A stretch of DNA of 64,000 nt, from sequence record MH133207.1; one strand, written 5' to 3'. Below, piece by piece: positions 16,628-27,307 of this stretch. A program made the position numbers and the translations under genes. A model generated the notes under the pieces. It was not told where the DNA came from. It worked only from the letters and a program-made list of their open reading frames with translations, and did not search any database. This DNA is from Acinetobacter phage vB_AbaM_B9. Position 1 is the stretch's first letter. The number at the start of each line of letters is the position of its first letter.

Positions 16628-18109
16628 TTGAGCGTGTCTTTTAGACCTGCTTCTCCTAAACAAGAGAAGTTTCTTAACTCAGAAGCTTTCATGACCGTGT
16701 ATGGTGGTGCTGCGGGATCAGGTAAAAGTTACTGTTCATTAATGCGTTTCCTGTTTTGGGTAGAAGACCCTAATTTTGTTGGATATGTTTTCCGTAAGAA
16801 CGCTACAGACTTAAAAGGCGGTGGATCAGCATTCAGCGAAGCTGTTAAAATGTTTACAGCTTATGATGAGAGAGTAAGATACACTAAACAACCAATGTGT
16901 ATTTATTTTCCAAGTGGAGCAACGATCAATTTCACTGGTTTAGATGGTCAAGCTGGTATGGATGCTATTCAAGGTGTTCAGATATCTGCTGCTTGTTTGG
17001 AAGAAGCTACACATTTCACAGAAGAAGAAATCATGTGGGTTATCTCACGACTTCGTACATCTGCAAAAATGATTCCATGTCTTTGGTTAACATGCAACCC
17101 TGACATGGACAGCGTTATTTTTTCTTGGATTAAAGATTTCTATCTGTATCCTAGAGGAACAACGATTGATGGAGAAGATGTTAGTGGAAGACCAAATCCT
17201 TCTAAAGATGGTGTTGTTAGGTACTACTTAAAAGTTGGTAACGAAACTGTTTGGGGCAATAGTAAAGAAGAAATTATTAGAGAATATGGACATAGATTTC
17301 CAAAAGACCCAAATACAGGATTATCTACCGCACAACCTAAATCTTTTACTTTTATTTCAGCAACATGTTTGGATAACCCACCTTTACTAGAAGCTAATCC
17401 TGATTATGTTTCGACATTAGCAGCATTGCCACGAGTAACTAGAGAAAGATTGCTAATGGGCAACTGGTTCGCAAGAGAAGAAGCTGCTGGGTATTTCAAG
17501 AGAGAGTGGGTTGGTGATGTTCTTAAACAACCTTATCCAGAAAATAGAATTAAACAAAGAGTTAGATGTTTTGACTTGGCTGCATCAGTACCAACCGAAG
17601 CTAACCCTGATCCAGACTGGACAGTTGGTCTTTTAATGGCGAAAACTACAGATGATATCTATGTTGTAGAGGATGTGATAAGATTTAGAAAACGTGCTGG
17701 TGAAGTTGAAGAAGAAGTTATGCGAATAGTAGAAGAAGACCGAAAGATGTTTGGTTCTAAATACAAAGCATATCTACCGCAAGACCCTGCTGCTGCTGGA
17801 AAAACAGTTAGGTCGTATTATTCTAAACTTTTTGCATCTAGAGGAATTCCAATTTATTTCGTGAAAGTTGGCACAAAAAACTCAAAGTTGAAAAGATTTG
17901 AACCATTTTCAGCATCAGCTCAAAATGATTTAGTTCAGGTATTAGAAGGCGACTGGAACGAAACTTATTTTCAAGAGTTAGAAGCATTTGATGGTGTTAG
18001 AAAAAAACAACACGATGACCAAATCGATGTGACATCAGACGCATTTAATATTCTAGCTACCAAGAAAGAATTACCAAACATTAATGCAAAATTATTAAAA
18101 ATGTCGTAA
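16628..18109 (+). CDS. terL: terminase large subunit
   Basis: Walker A TVYGGAAGSGKSY near the N-terminus. C-terminal nuclease-like region with acidic motifs. TTG start after AAGGAGG. 493 aa. Confidence 0.75.
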   Translation: MSVSFRPASPKQEKFLNSEAFMTVYGGAAGSGKSYCSLMRFLFWVEDPNFVGYVFRKNATDLKGGGSAFSEAVKMFTAYDERVRYTKQPMCIYFPSGATINFTGLDGQAGMDAIQGVQISAACLEEATHFTEEEIMWVISRLRTSAKMIPCLWLTCNPDMDSVIFSWIKDFYLYPRGTTIDGEDVSGRPNPSKDGVVRYYLKVGNETVWGNSKEEIIREYGHRFPKDPNTGLSTAQPKSFTFISATCLDNPPLLEANPDYVSTLAALPRVTRERLLMGNWFAREEAAGYFKREWVGDVLKQPYPENRIKQRVRCFDLAASVPTEANPDPDWTVGLLMAKTTDDIYVVEDVIRFRKRAGEVEEEVMRIVEEDRKMFGSKYKAYLPQDPAAAGKTVRSYYSKLFASRGIPIYFVKVGTKNSKLKRFEPFSASAQNDLVQVLEGDWNETYFQELEAFDGVRKKQHDDQIDVTSDAFNILATKKELPNINAKLLKMS

Positions 18110-18118
18110 GAGGGAGAC

Positions 18119-19597
18119 ATGGCAACAACAAGAAAGAAAAAAGAACCTGTCTTACCTAAAGAGATCGGAACAACAGATAGTGGTCGTTTTGATCCTATGC
18201 GATTAGATAGACGTGGTGGTTTACCAAGAGAACTTGTATTTCCTCATAGTATTTATACTTATGATGAGATGGCAAAAAACCCTACCATTGCAGCAGCTTT
18301 AAATGCTATCTCATTAATTGCTTTACGTGTACCACGTTATATTGAGCCTTATGATAGTTCAGTTACTCATAAAAAGAGAGCAGAATTTCTTGATGAGTGT
18401 TTAGGTGTTACTACTCCTTCAAACGATATGACTCATACATTTGATGATTTCATTCGTGAAACTCTGTCAATGAATAAATATGGATTCTGTGTCACAGAGA
18501 AAGTGTTCCGTGTTAGACGTTTGAAGAATGGTAGTAAATATGATGATGGTAAAGTTGGTATTAAACGCCTACCAATTCGACCTCAATATTCTATTGAAGA
18601 TTTTGTATACGATGAAGAAGGTCGTGATTTACTAGCAATCAAACAAGCTGTCAATACAAAGAACTTTAAGAAATCTGCTTTATCTTCATTGATTGATGGA
18701 AATCTAAAAGTAATTCCTAGAGAAAGCTTCATGTTGTTTAATGCAGAAGCAACTAATGGAAGTGCTATTAGTATTTCACCTTTAGCTCATGTTTATGAAG
18801 TTTGGTCAGAATTAATTAAATATAAAGACCTTGAGAACATCGCATCATCTAAAAACTTAAACGGTTTACCTGTTCTGTGGATGCCTGCTGAAAACATGGT
18901 TGATGATCCAGAAGACCCAGCAAGTGAAGTGTTTAAAGTATTACGAGATGGTATTAGTAAGATTTCAGTTGGTCAACAAACATCATTAATGCTTCCAAGT
19001 GATCGTGAACAAGATTCTGGTGCTGGTGGCAAGCTTTATGACTTCCAGTTAATGTCTGCATCATCTTCAAACATTACAGCTATTCAGCAAACAATCAAAC
19101 GGCTTACTGATGAGATTCTTCAATGTTTATCTGCCGACTGGTTGAAAGATGGTAATGAGATTGACACTGCTAAAACATCTTTAATGATTATGTTGGTTGA
19201 AGGAAGAATTAGAGAAATCTTTACTCGTTTAAATACCGACCTTATCCCTCATTTATGGAGACTGAATGGTTGGGACGATACAAAGCTTCCTCAAATTAAA
19301 TATGGAACATTAAAAGAAGTTAGTATGGCAGATTTTGCTAAAGCTATGCAACAACTTAAAGCTACTAAACTGGTTGCTGTCACTCCTAAGAACATTAACT
19401 ACATTGCTGAGAAGACAGGTTTACCTGAACGTCTAGATGAGAATTTAACTCAAGATGAATTAAATAAGATTTTAGGCGTGGAAGATTCTGACGACAGTCG
19501 ATCAGGGGATGGATTAGCAAAAGGAAATGCTGGAAATGGTACAGCAGATGAAGTTGCTAGTGATGATCGTAGTGCTGCAAACCTAGATAATAAATAA
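18119..19597 (+). CDS. portal protein
   Basis: 492 aa, directly after the terminase. Acidic and Gly-rich C-terminus. Confidence 0.65.
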   Translation: MATTRKKKEPVLPKEIGTTDSGRFDPMRLDRRGGLPRELVFPHSIYTYDEMAKNPTIAAALNAISLIALRVPRYIEPYDSSVTHKKRAEFLDECLGVTTPSNDMTHTFDDFIRETLSMNKYGFCVTEKVFRVRRLKNGSKYDDGKVGIKRLPIRPQYSIEDFVYDEEGRDLLAIKQAVNTKNFKKSALSSLIDGNLKVIPRESFMLFNAEATNGSAISISPLAHVYEVWSELIKYKDLENIASSKNLNGLPVLWMPAENMVDDPEDPASEVFKVLRDGISKISVGQQTSLMLPSDREQDSGAGGKLYDFQLMSASSSNITAIQQTIKRLTDEILQCLSADWLKDGNEIDTAKTSLMIMLVEGRIREIFTRLNTDLIPHLWRLNGWDDTKLPQIKYGTLKEVSMADFAKAMQQLKATKLVAVTPKNINYIAEKTGLPERLDENLTQDELNKILGVEDSDDSRSGDGLAKGNAGNGTADEVASDDRSAANLDNK

Positions 19598-19606
19598 GGA
19601 GACTTA

Positions 19607-21052
19607 ATGGCTAAGTACAAAAGAGGGAGTTTGGCGTTAGCTAGACAAGTCTTTAACACCCCTCAATTAATTGTAGAATCTGATCTACAACGAATCTCTC
19701 AATACCTAGTAGATCGCGCAAACGGTGTTGAAGTCAACGTTATTAATACAAATGATGTTGAGCAAAAAACAGAAAAACAAGAATTACAGTCTCTTCTTGA
19801 ATTAGCATCTTACGAGACAGAAGAAGAAAAACAACGTTATCATCGTAGATTAAATATTACTAATGATGGTAAACGAGGTAATCTTTTCATTGAAGGTGCT
19901 TTAGTTGCGAAAGCTGGTGAGATCGATGCTGATTGCATGGAGTTAACTTCCTATGAAAAGCTTCTATCAACTTTCCAGATGCAAGTCAAGGAAGGTGTTG
20001 AAGAATTAGTTCTACATGTAGACTCAGGCGGTGGCGCTGCTGCAACGTGTTTTGAGATGGCTAACGAAGTCAAGACTCTAGCTAATGAGAATAATATCAA
20101 GATTTATGCTTACATTGACGGAATGGCAGCTAGTGCAGCTTACGCTTGGACATCTATTGCAGATGAGATTATATCTCGACCAGATAGTGAAGCAGGCTCT
20201 ATTGGTGTAGTTGTGCAACTTATCAATAATTCAAAAATGCTTTCTGATATTGGTATTACAAGAAAATTTATTACTTACGGTGATAATAAAGTTCCTTTCG
20301 ATGATCAAGGAGAGTTTACAGATAAATTCTTAGAATCGATTCAGAAGAAGGTTAATAAAACAGGTTTAGAATTTAGCAATTTTGTTGCTAAAAACCGAAA
20401 CATGAATGTTGAAGATGTAATTGCGCTACAAGCAGAAATCTTTACTTCAGAAGATGCTTTGTCTTTAGGTTTGGTTGATAAGATCATGACTCGCTCAGAG
20501 TTTTTTGATAAGTATCTTCCATCAGCCAAAGCTAGTTCAAATAATCAATATTATTTACAACAAGAGGACATTATGTCAAAAGAAAAAGATGTAACTGTTG
20601 ACACACAATTGAGTGTTGAGCAATTACAAGAACAATTAACAAACTTAAATGTAGAAAAAGAACAACTAACAACTCAAGTTGATACATTGACTCAACAATT
20701 AGCTGACTTTCAATCTACAAAAGAACAGTTACAAACACTACAGGCAAATTATGATGCTTTGTTAAGTGAAAAAGAAGCTTCAGATAAAGCTGTTAAATTA
20801 GCAACTCGTAAAGCAGCAATTGAAGATGCTATTGGTAAAGATAATGAACAAGTAGCTTCACTATTGTCTTCTACTGAACAATTAGAAGATGCAGCTTTTG
20901 ATGTAGTTGTTCAAAGCTTATCTACACAACAAGAGTTAAAGCAAGAAAAATTAAAAGAGAAAGGTAACGAAGGGACTCAAAGTCCATCACAACTTAGTAT
21001 TGAAGAACAACTTGCTGCAACAGCAAAAAAAATGACAAAGCAGTCTGCTTAA
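19607..21052 (+). CDS. prohead protease (S49/SppA-like) fused to scaffolding domain
   Basis: HVDSGGG...IDGMAASAAYAW...GSIGVV matches the S49 Ser peptidase core. C-terminal 170 aa form Q/E/L-rich coiled coil. Confidence 0.65.
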   Translation: MAKYKRGSLALARQVFNTPQLIVESDLQRISQYLVDRANGVEVNVINTNDVEQKTEKQELQSLLELASYETEEEKQRYHRRLNITNDGKRGNLFIEGALVAKAGEIDADCMELTSYEKLLSTFQMQVKEGVEELVLHVDSGGGAAATCFEMANEVKTLANENNIKIYAYIDGMAASAAYAWTSIADEIISRPDSEAGSIGVVVQLINNSKMLSDIGITRKFITYGDNKVPFDDQGEFTDKFLESIQKKVNKTGLEFSNFVAKNRNMNVEDVIALQAEIFTSEDALSLGLVDKIMTRSEFFDKYLPSAKASSNNQYYLQQEDIMSKEKDVTVDTQLSVEQLQEQLTNLNVEKEQLTTQVDTLTQQLADFQSTKEQLQTLQANYDALLSEKEASDKAVKLATRKAAIEDAIGKDNEQVASLLSSTEQLEDAAFDVVVQSLSTQQELKQEKLKEKGNEGTQSPSQLSIEEQLAATAKKMTKQSA

Positions 21053-21070
21053 TAAAAGGAATATAAACAA

Positions 21071-21550
21071 ATGGCAGTTATTACAAATTTATTCAATTCA
21101 CCTGTAGTTCCTTCTGACGTATTTGGTTACGAAGTTAACACAGATGTCGGTTATGGTCGTGAGACATTCAACATCACTATTACAAGCGGTACAGTTCGTG
21201 TTGGTACAATCTTAGTTGTTGATTATGCAGCAGGTACAGCTACCCCATTAGCTGCTCCAGCAGACGCAGCAGCAGTTGAAGCTCTTGGTGATTTAGCAGT
21301 TTGGGTTGGTCGTGATCTTCCTACAAACCCTGCAACAGCACAAGATTTTGATCGCCTCACTCAAACAGCAACAGGTAAAGGTGTTGCAATTGTCAAAGGT
21401 GATGGTCGCGGTATCTTGAAAAAAGGTTACTTAGACGTTGCTGGTACTCAATACTACGCTCTTCCAGCAGATGTTCAAGCAGCATTAGACGAAAAATTAA
21501 CTAAAGAAAACCGCTTCAAAATGGTTGAACAACAATATACACCAGCTTAA
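21071..21550 (+). CDS. putative head decoration or minor capsid protein
   Basis: 159-aa Ala/Gly/Val-rich protein between the protease-scaffold and major capsid genes. Confidence 0.35.
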   Translation: MAVITNLFNSPVVPSDVFGYEVNTDVGYGRETFNITITSGTVRVGTILVVDYAAGTATPLAAPADAAAVEALGDLAVWVGRDLPTNPATAQDFDRLTQTATGKGVAIVKGDGRGILKKGYLDVAGTQYYALPADVQAALDEKLTKENRFKMVEQQYTPA

Positions 21551-21571
21551 TAAAAAAGGAATTAAAATAAC

Positions 21572-22648
21572 ATGGCATTAGCTCGTAACCCTATTAACCC
21601 TAATACTACGATTGATCTTGGTTCGGTATTAGAGGTCATTAATCCGCAGTATGGTCGTATTGATCAATCAGGCTTATTTGAAGAACAAGGTATCCTTGCA
21701 ACAACTCACATGTATAAAGTTGTTGATCAAGGTGTAACAAAAATGACTAAGCTCACTTCTCGTACAGAACGTGATGCAATGGCAGTTGAAAAACCAAAAG
21801 AAAAGTTCGTTACTATGGGTAGCGTAACTATTAAAGAAACTGGTGGTGTTCACGTTGAAGACTTAATTGGTGTTGTTTCAGATGTCATCAACTTTGAATC
21901 TGAATCGTTCCAAGAAGCTTTAGTGAAAGAAGCTACTCGTTTAGCAAACGTTGGTGCAGCCAACATGGAATATGTTAAGCTTACTGCTACTCAAGGTCGT
22001 GTACTTGACCCGTATAACGGTAATGTAGCGATTGACCAATATGCTAACACTGGTACTACTCGTACAGCAGTTACTATTAATGCTGCTCCTACAGCAGATT
22101 TAATTGGGCAATTAACAGCTTTACGTAACCAATTAGCTGTATTAAATGGTTATAATGGTAATATCTCTGAAGTTGAAATCATTCTTGGTGAAACAGCGTT
22201 CAATGATGTAGTAAACCATCCTGACTTTGCTACTCTATACCAATTAGCGTTCACTGGTTTAGGTAATCTTGCATTGCAACAACCAGTTCTTAACGGTGGT
22301 CTTGGTTTACAACAAAAAGGTCAATTCGGTTTCTCTCGTGAATTCCGTTGGGAAAACCTTGTGTTCCGCACTTACCCACAAAAGTTCTATCGTTGGAACG
22401 GTGTAGCAGTTGATGCTGTTGCAGCTAACAAAGGTTGGACAATTGTTCATGGTGTATCTGGTCTTTACCAAGTTAAATATGTACCAGCACCTTACGTATC
22501 ACGTTATAACCAAGTTGGTCAAAAATGGGTAGCTCGTTCTACTGGTATTATTGATGATACTCATGCAGACATGACCCTTGAATCACACTTGATTCCATTT
22601 ATGCAACGTCCTGAAATGTCTCTTGACATCACAGTTACAACTGCATAA
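21572..22648 (+). CDS. major capsid protein
   Basis: 358 aa, directly after the protease and decoration genes. Strong AAGGAAT RBS. A hairpin follows the gene. Confidence 0.6.
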   Translation: MALARNPINPNTTIDLGSVLEVINPQYGRIDQSGLFEEQGILATTHMYKVVDQGVTKMTKLTSRTERDAMAVEKPKEKFVTMGSVTIKETGGVHVEDLIGVVSDVINFESESFQEALVKEATRLANVGAANMEYVKLTATQGRVLDPYNGNVAIDQYANTGTTRTAVTINAAPTADLIGQLTALRNQLAVLNGYNGNISEVEIILGETAFNDVVNHPDFATLYQLAFTGLGNLALQQPVLNGGLGLQQKGQFGFSREFRWENLVFRTYPQKFYRWNGVAVDAVAANKGWTIVHGVSGLYQVKYVPAPYVSRYNQVGQKWVARSTGIIDDTHADMTLESHLIPFMQRPEMSLDITVTTA

Positions 22649-22749
22649 TCAAGAATATGAGAGTTACTTTATGTAGCTCTCTACATTCTCTAGCAACTTC
22701 AATGAGGTTGTTAAACAATGTAGAGACGCATTAATAATAAGGAAAATAA

Positions 22750-23235
22750 ATGGCAGACTTAGACCCTATAAATAATCCAATCGATGCTTTGCGTCTTGAG
22801 TTTGGTGATACAGATGAATATGATTATGTATTATCAGATCAAAGTTATCAATACTTCATTAATACATACGGCAATTCACCAACACTCCTTCGTAAACGTT
22901 TAGGAATGGCTATTTTAGCACAATTTGCTAAAGAAGGATTTAGACAACGCGTTGGACAAGAAGAAGCTTATCTTGGTGAACGTTATAAGAACTATCGTGA
23001 ATGGTTAAAAGATAAAGTTACAAATCCAATGCTTTCAGGAAATATTCCTAAAGTATATGTTGGTGGTGTTGTTAGAGAAACTGTTGCTGAATATGAAAAT
23101 CGATTAGATTTAATTGATAGTTATTTCTATCGTGGTCAAGGTTTTAAAATGCCTGATTGGAAGTATAAACGAGATTTCTTTTTCAATACTGTAGTTGAAC
23201 CAGAAGAACAAGCTTGTCGTTATCTTTACGAATAA
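22750..23235 (+). CDS. putative head-tail connector or adaptor protein
   Basis: 161 aa, first gene after the capsid gene. Confidence 0.35.
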   Translation: MADLDPINNPIDALRLEFGDTDEYDYVLSDQSYQYFINTYGNSPTLLRKRLGMAILAQFAKEGFRQRVGQEEAYLGERYKNYREWLKDKVTNPMLSGNIPKVYVGGVVRETVAEYENRLDLIDSYFYRGQGFKMPDWKYKRDFFFNTVVEPEEQACRYLYE

Positions 23236-23244
23236 GGTGATGAT

Positions 23245-23844
23245 ATGACTAAAATGAGTAAAGCTAGGATTCGACAATTAGCTCAAGGTGTTGATGTTGA
23301 TTTAAATGTTATTGAAGATTTATCTGGTTTTGAAAAGTTAATAAAAGCCTGTAAAAAAGCACATAACAGGCAAATTAGATTTGGTTGGTTAGAAAAGAAA
23401 AAGTATCCAGCAGAAAAGAATAAACCTTCATTATACGTTGCTCAAGTCGCTTTCTGGCAAGAGTTTGGTACAGAACGATTCGTAGCAAGACCTTACTTTA
23501 GACAACTCATAAATCAAGTTAAATACCGTTTTAATGGTGATATAAAAAACTTTATGACAGATGTTGTTCACGGTGTTGTTAATGAACAGAAGTTACTTAA
23601 TTTAGCTAATGAAATTGAATATACGTATCATTCTACAGTTAGTCGTCAACAATATAAAAAACTATCTCCTATCACTATTAGAATTAAAGGGCATGACTTC
23701 CAGTTAGATAACACAGGGGTCATGCTTAATTCGTTTAAAGCAAAAGTATTTTATCAAAACATCGAGAATGTTAAACAACATGATGTAAAAATTGATGATT
23801 ATAAAAGCTATTGGCAAGCAGTTAAGTCAAGGAGAACATCATGA
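23245..23844 (+). CDS. putative head completion or neck protein
   Basis: 199 aa. Translationally coupled to its neighbours. Confidence 0.35.
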   Translation: MTKMSKARIRQLAQGVDVDLNVIEDLSGFEKLIKACKKAHNRQIRFGWLEKKKYPAEKNKPSLYVAQVAFWQEFGTERFVARPYFRQLINQVKYRFNGDIKNFMTDVVHGVVNEQKLLNLANEIEYTYHSTVSRQQYKKLSPITIRIKGHDFQLDNTGVMLNSFKAKVFYQNIENVKQHDVKIDDYKSYWQAVKSRRTS

Positions 23845-24245
23845 GTAGTATTACAAAATTAGGTAAAAGACAACACACGTTGTTAAGAGATGATCCTAAT
23901 AATCAAGGCGAATATGTTGATGGTGAATGGGTTCCTCCAGCTAAAAAAGTAGTTACTTTCTTTGCTAATATTCAACCAGCTTGGAGTTTTACTCAAACAC
24001 AACTTCTACCAGAAGGCGAAAGAGATAAGCGGTCTATTTGGATTAGTAGTAATGACTGGTTGTATGAAGCTAGACACGGAACAGTTCCTTTAGAAGCTGA
24101 CATTATTCAATACAATGGTGCTTTGTGGGAAGTTAAAGCTGTTATGCCTTATGGTAACTTTGGACAACATTGTGAAGCTATTGCTACAAAGAGAGACGAT
24201 AGTCAAAGACCTAGAATTGATGGTGAAGTGGGAGTGATAGATTAA
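23841..24245 (+). CDS. putative head-tail joining protein
   Basis: 134 aa. ATGA overlap. Confidence 0.35.
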   Translation: MSSITKLGKRQHTLLRDDPNNQGEYVDGEWVPPAKKVVTFFANIQPAWSFTQTQLLPEGERDKRSIWISSNDWLYEARHGTVPLEADIIQYNGALWEVKAVMPYGNFGQHCEAIATKRDDSQRPRIDGEVGVID

Positions 24246-24772
24246 TGAAATTTGAATCAGCTATCATCAAATCTCTCCAAACATGCTTACCAACATTTAA
24301 ATTTATTCTTGCAGATAGAAATGGTGTAGAACCTGCTGCCCCGTATTGTTTAGTAACTATCATTGACGTTATTAATCACGGTAGACCCTATCTTACAACA
24401 GCTAATAAAGGTGGTGTTGAAGTAGAACAAATTTCACAAAACAAGATTGTCAATTTCTCTTTAACACTTCATGCTCTAGCAACTGACCAAAAACAGGATG
24501 ATTTTGAAAGATTCCACATGGGAATTGGAAGTACATTTGTTACCTCAACATTTGCTAATAATGGTTTAGGAATTCTAGAATATACAGATATTATTTATCA
24601 ATCAACCCCTGTTAATGAAATTTCATACAAGAGAGCTATTATTGATATTAGTATTTTCTGTGAAAGAACAGAGGAATATTATTCTCCATTTATTAAAGTT
24701 GTTGAAACACATGGTGATCTTGTCGACTCAGATAAAGATGTCGATTTAACAACTGATTTTAATATTAATTAG
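24245..24772 (+). CDS. putative tail completion or neck protein
   Basis: 175 aa. Assigned by position. Confidence 0.3.
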   Translation: MKFESAIIKSLQTCLPTFKFILADRNGVEPAAPYCLVTIIDVINHGRPYLTTANKGGVEVEQISQNKIVNFSLTLHALATDQKQDDFERFHMGIGSTFVTSTFANNGLGILEYTDIIYQSTPVNEISYKRAIIDISIFCERTEEYYSPFIKVVETHGDLVDSDKDVDLTTDFNIN

Positions 24773-24779
24773 GTGAAAT

Positions 24780-26138
24780 ATGGCAGAACAAAAAATAAAC
24801 GAATTACCAATTACACCACCTTCCAATTTCACAGATAATGATAGCTTTGTAATTATTGATGATAATAAAGCAAGGTTACTTCCTAGACCAACATTACTTT
24901 CTTGGATTCAAGATAATGTTCAAGGTGAGAAAGGTGATCAAGGTATTGCTGGTATCAATGGTACAAACGGTAAAGATGGTAAAGACGGTAAAGATGGGCA
25001 AGATGGATTATCTGCATATCAAATTGCGGTTAATAATGGTTTTGTTGGAACTGAAGCACAATGGTTAGCTTCCTTAAAAGGACCTAAAGGTGATCAAGGA
25101 ACGAACGGCACAAATGGTTGGAGTCCTATCCTTGCTGTAGTAACAACTGGAGAAAAACGTGTTCTACAAATCACAGGTTGGACAGGTGGAACAGGAACTC
25201 CACCGTCTACAGGTTATATAGGTCCTACTGGTATTGTTACTAATATTGCCAATGCTGTTGATATTCGTGGTTCTCAAGGATTACAAGGTATTCAAGGTGC
25301 TAATGGTGCAAACGGATGGAATCCTGTTTTAGCAATTGCTAACAATTCTAGTTCACAACAAGTTATTAGAGTTTTAGATTGGACTGGTGGTACTGGTACA
25401 AAACCAACAACAGGGTACGTATCTTCAACAGGAATTGTAGCGACAGCAGATGAAGCAACAGCATTGACAGTAACAGTTAGTCAAAATGATGTTAGATCAA
25501 CGACTCTAACAGGTCTTAGCTTATCAACAAAAACAGATGTTGTTGCAGAAGATACAATATTAGCTGCAATGGGAAAACTACAAGCACAATTAGACAATTT
25601 ATCAAACCAAGCTGGTCAAGTTAAAGTAGTTTATTCTGGATTAACGTTAACCAATTTTACTGCTAACACATATAAGACTTTTGATTTTGCAGCAGCAACA
25701 CCTACTGTTGTTTCTCCACCAACCACAACATATCCAAAATCAACACCCAACAGCTACTTAGGTGTATTTGATGCAAATAGAGGAACATCTCCGACAGGTA
25801 GATTAATTGAGAATCCTATTAGTGGTCAAATTCACGGTTGGAGAATTCAAGGTCAATTTAGTGGTAAGTCTACGAGTGGAACATCAACAGAAGTTCTAAC
25901 TTTACGTATTAGAAATCCTGTAAGTGGTTTTACATATGTTAAGTCAATTACGTTACCAAACAGTCTTTCTTCTGGTACGTTTGCAGATGAACTAATTACA
26001 ATCGCTGACAATGATAGTATTCCTTCCCCAAACGGCTATATTCTTGAAGCAGCAATGTCTGAAACGGATGCTGGGCTATCAATTCAAATTAATGCGTTAA
26101 CCAGATTCTCTTATGCTAAAGAAGTCTATGTTTCTTAA
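24780..26138 (+). CDS. collagen-like repeat structural protein (fibre or whisker)
   Basis: G-x-y triplets GEKGDQGIAGINGTNGKDGKDGKDGQDG and GPKGDQGTNGTNG. An internal roughly 60-aa duplication carries WTGGTGT-P-TGY-TGIV. Confidence 0.55.
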   Translation: MAEQKINELPITPPSNFTDNDSFVIIDDNKARLLPRPTLLSWIQDNVQGEKGDQGIAGINGTNGKDGKDGKDGQDGLSAYQIAVNNGFVGTEAQWLASLKGPKGDQGTNGTNGWSPILAVVTTGEKRVLQITGWTGGTGTPPSTGYIGPTGIVTNIANAVDIRGSQGLQGIQGANGANGWNPVLAIANNSSSQQVIRVLDWTGGTGTKPTTGYVSSTGIVATADEATALTVTVSQNDVRSTTLTGLSLSTKTDVVAEDTILAAMGKLQAQLDNLSNQAGQVKVVYSGLTLTNFTANTYKTFDFAAATPTVVSPPTTTYPKSTPNSYLGVFDANRGTSPTGRLIENPISGQIHGWRIQGQFSGKSTSGTSTEVLTLRIRNPVSGFTYVKSITLPNSLSSGTFADELITIADNDSIPSPNGYILEAAMSETDAGLSIQINALTRFSYAKEVYVS

Positions 26139-26149
26139 CAGGAGTAATT

Positions 26150-27295
26150 ATGTTTGACATAAACACATCTCCTGTCAAAGTAGATATTAATATTGAAAAA
26201 GATGTATTAACTACAGATGGGTTCTACCAAGTAGGTTTTATTACAGAGAATGATGTTGCACCAAGAACTTTAATTGTAGAAAGATTGAAAGACCTTTTAG
26301 ATAACGGTTATGACAGAGCTTCTAAGGCTTATAACTTTTGTTTAGGTGTATTTGCACAGAATCAAATGAAACGTATTGTAGTGCGAGCTAAACGATCTTC
26401 TGAGACGTATTTTGAAGCATATTCAGCAGATGATAACTCAGAGTATTATTATGTTGTTATAGAATCAAAAGATGTTAATGATATTGTAACATTCAACACA
26501 GCAATTCAAGATGAGTTAAAGTTACAGTATTTTTCTTCTTCTGAGAATGTATCAGATCAAGTTTACGGTAGAAAATTAGTTTATTACTATCAACCATATT
26601 TCGGCAATGGTTGGTTGCTATATGATTCTTCAAACATAGTTGAGACAGATGAAGGTAAATGGTTTTATATTGGTGAACTTGGTAACTATTCAGACGGTAA
26701 GGGTAGCTGGTCTTTCGATGATAACTCTATTACCGATTGGGACACTTCAGATAATGTCCTTTTAGAATACCAAGATTTGACAGAAGAAGAAGCACAAAAC
26801 AAAGCATTAGAATATCCTGAAGGTGCTTGGATTGGATACTGTGGTTGGTTTTTCCCAAGTCAAGTTCAGTGGTTATATAAAAACTTAACACGAGTTGACT
26901 ACTTCGATTTAAAACAAATACCTAACTATTCAAATGCAACAATCATGTTGTATAAAAATAGTAAATCTACTGTCGGTACAGGTAAAACTTGTCAAGAGGT
27001 AGAAATTAATGAGCATATTTCTCTTGACTGGTTGAAATATGCCTTACAAAGAAAATTGTGGAAATCTCTTTATACAAATAAGAAGATAAACGCAACAGTC
27101 TATGGACTACAATCTTTAGAAAATCAAATAAAAGAAATATTAGATGTTTCTGTAGAGCAAGGTATTTTCTCAAGCTATATCATAACAGACAGAAAACTTG
27201 ATCGAATAAATAATAAAGCATCTTTTAAATTTTCAGCAACTTTAACTCATTCTATCTTAGGGGTAGATAAAGTTGAAGGGACTATTTATCAATAA
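26150..27295 (+). CDS. virion structural protein
   Basis: 381 aa. Sits within the structural module. Confidence 0.35.
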   Translation: MFDINTSPVKVDINIEKDVLTTDGFYQVGFITENDVAPRTLIVERLKDLLDNGYDRASKAYNFCLGVFAQNQMKRIVVRAKRSSETYFEAYSADDNSEYYYVVIESKDVNDIVTFNTAIQDELKLQYFSSSENVSDQVYGRKLVYYYQPYFGNGWLLYDSSNIVETDEGKWFYIGELGNYSDGKGSWSFDDNSITDWDTSDNVLLEYQDLTEEEAQNKALEYPEGAWIGYCGWFFPSQVQWLYKNLTRVDYFDLKQIPNYSNATIMLYKNSKSTVGTGKTCQEVEINEHISLDWLKYALQRKLWKSLYTNKKINATVYGLQSLENQIKEILDVSVEQGIFSSYIITDRKLDRINNKASFKFSATLTHSILGVDKVEGTIYQ

Positions 27296-27307
27296 AAAGG
27301 AAAAATA

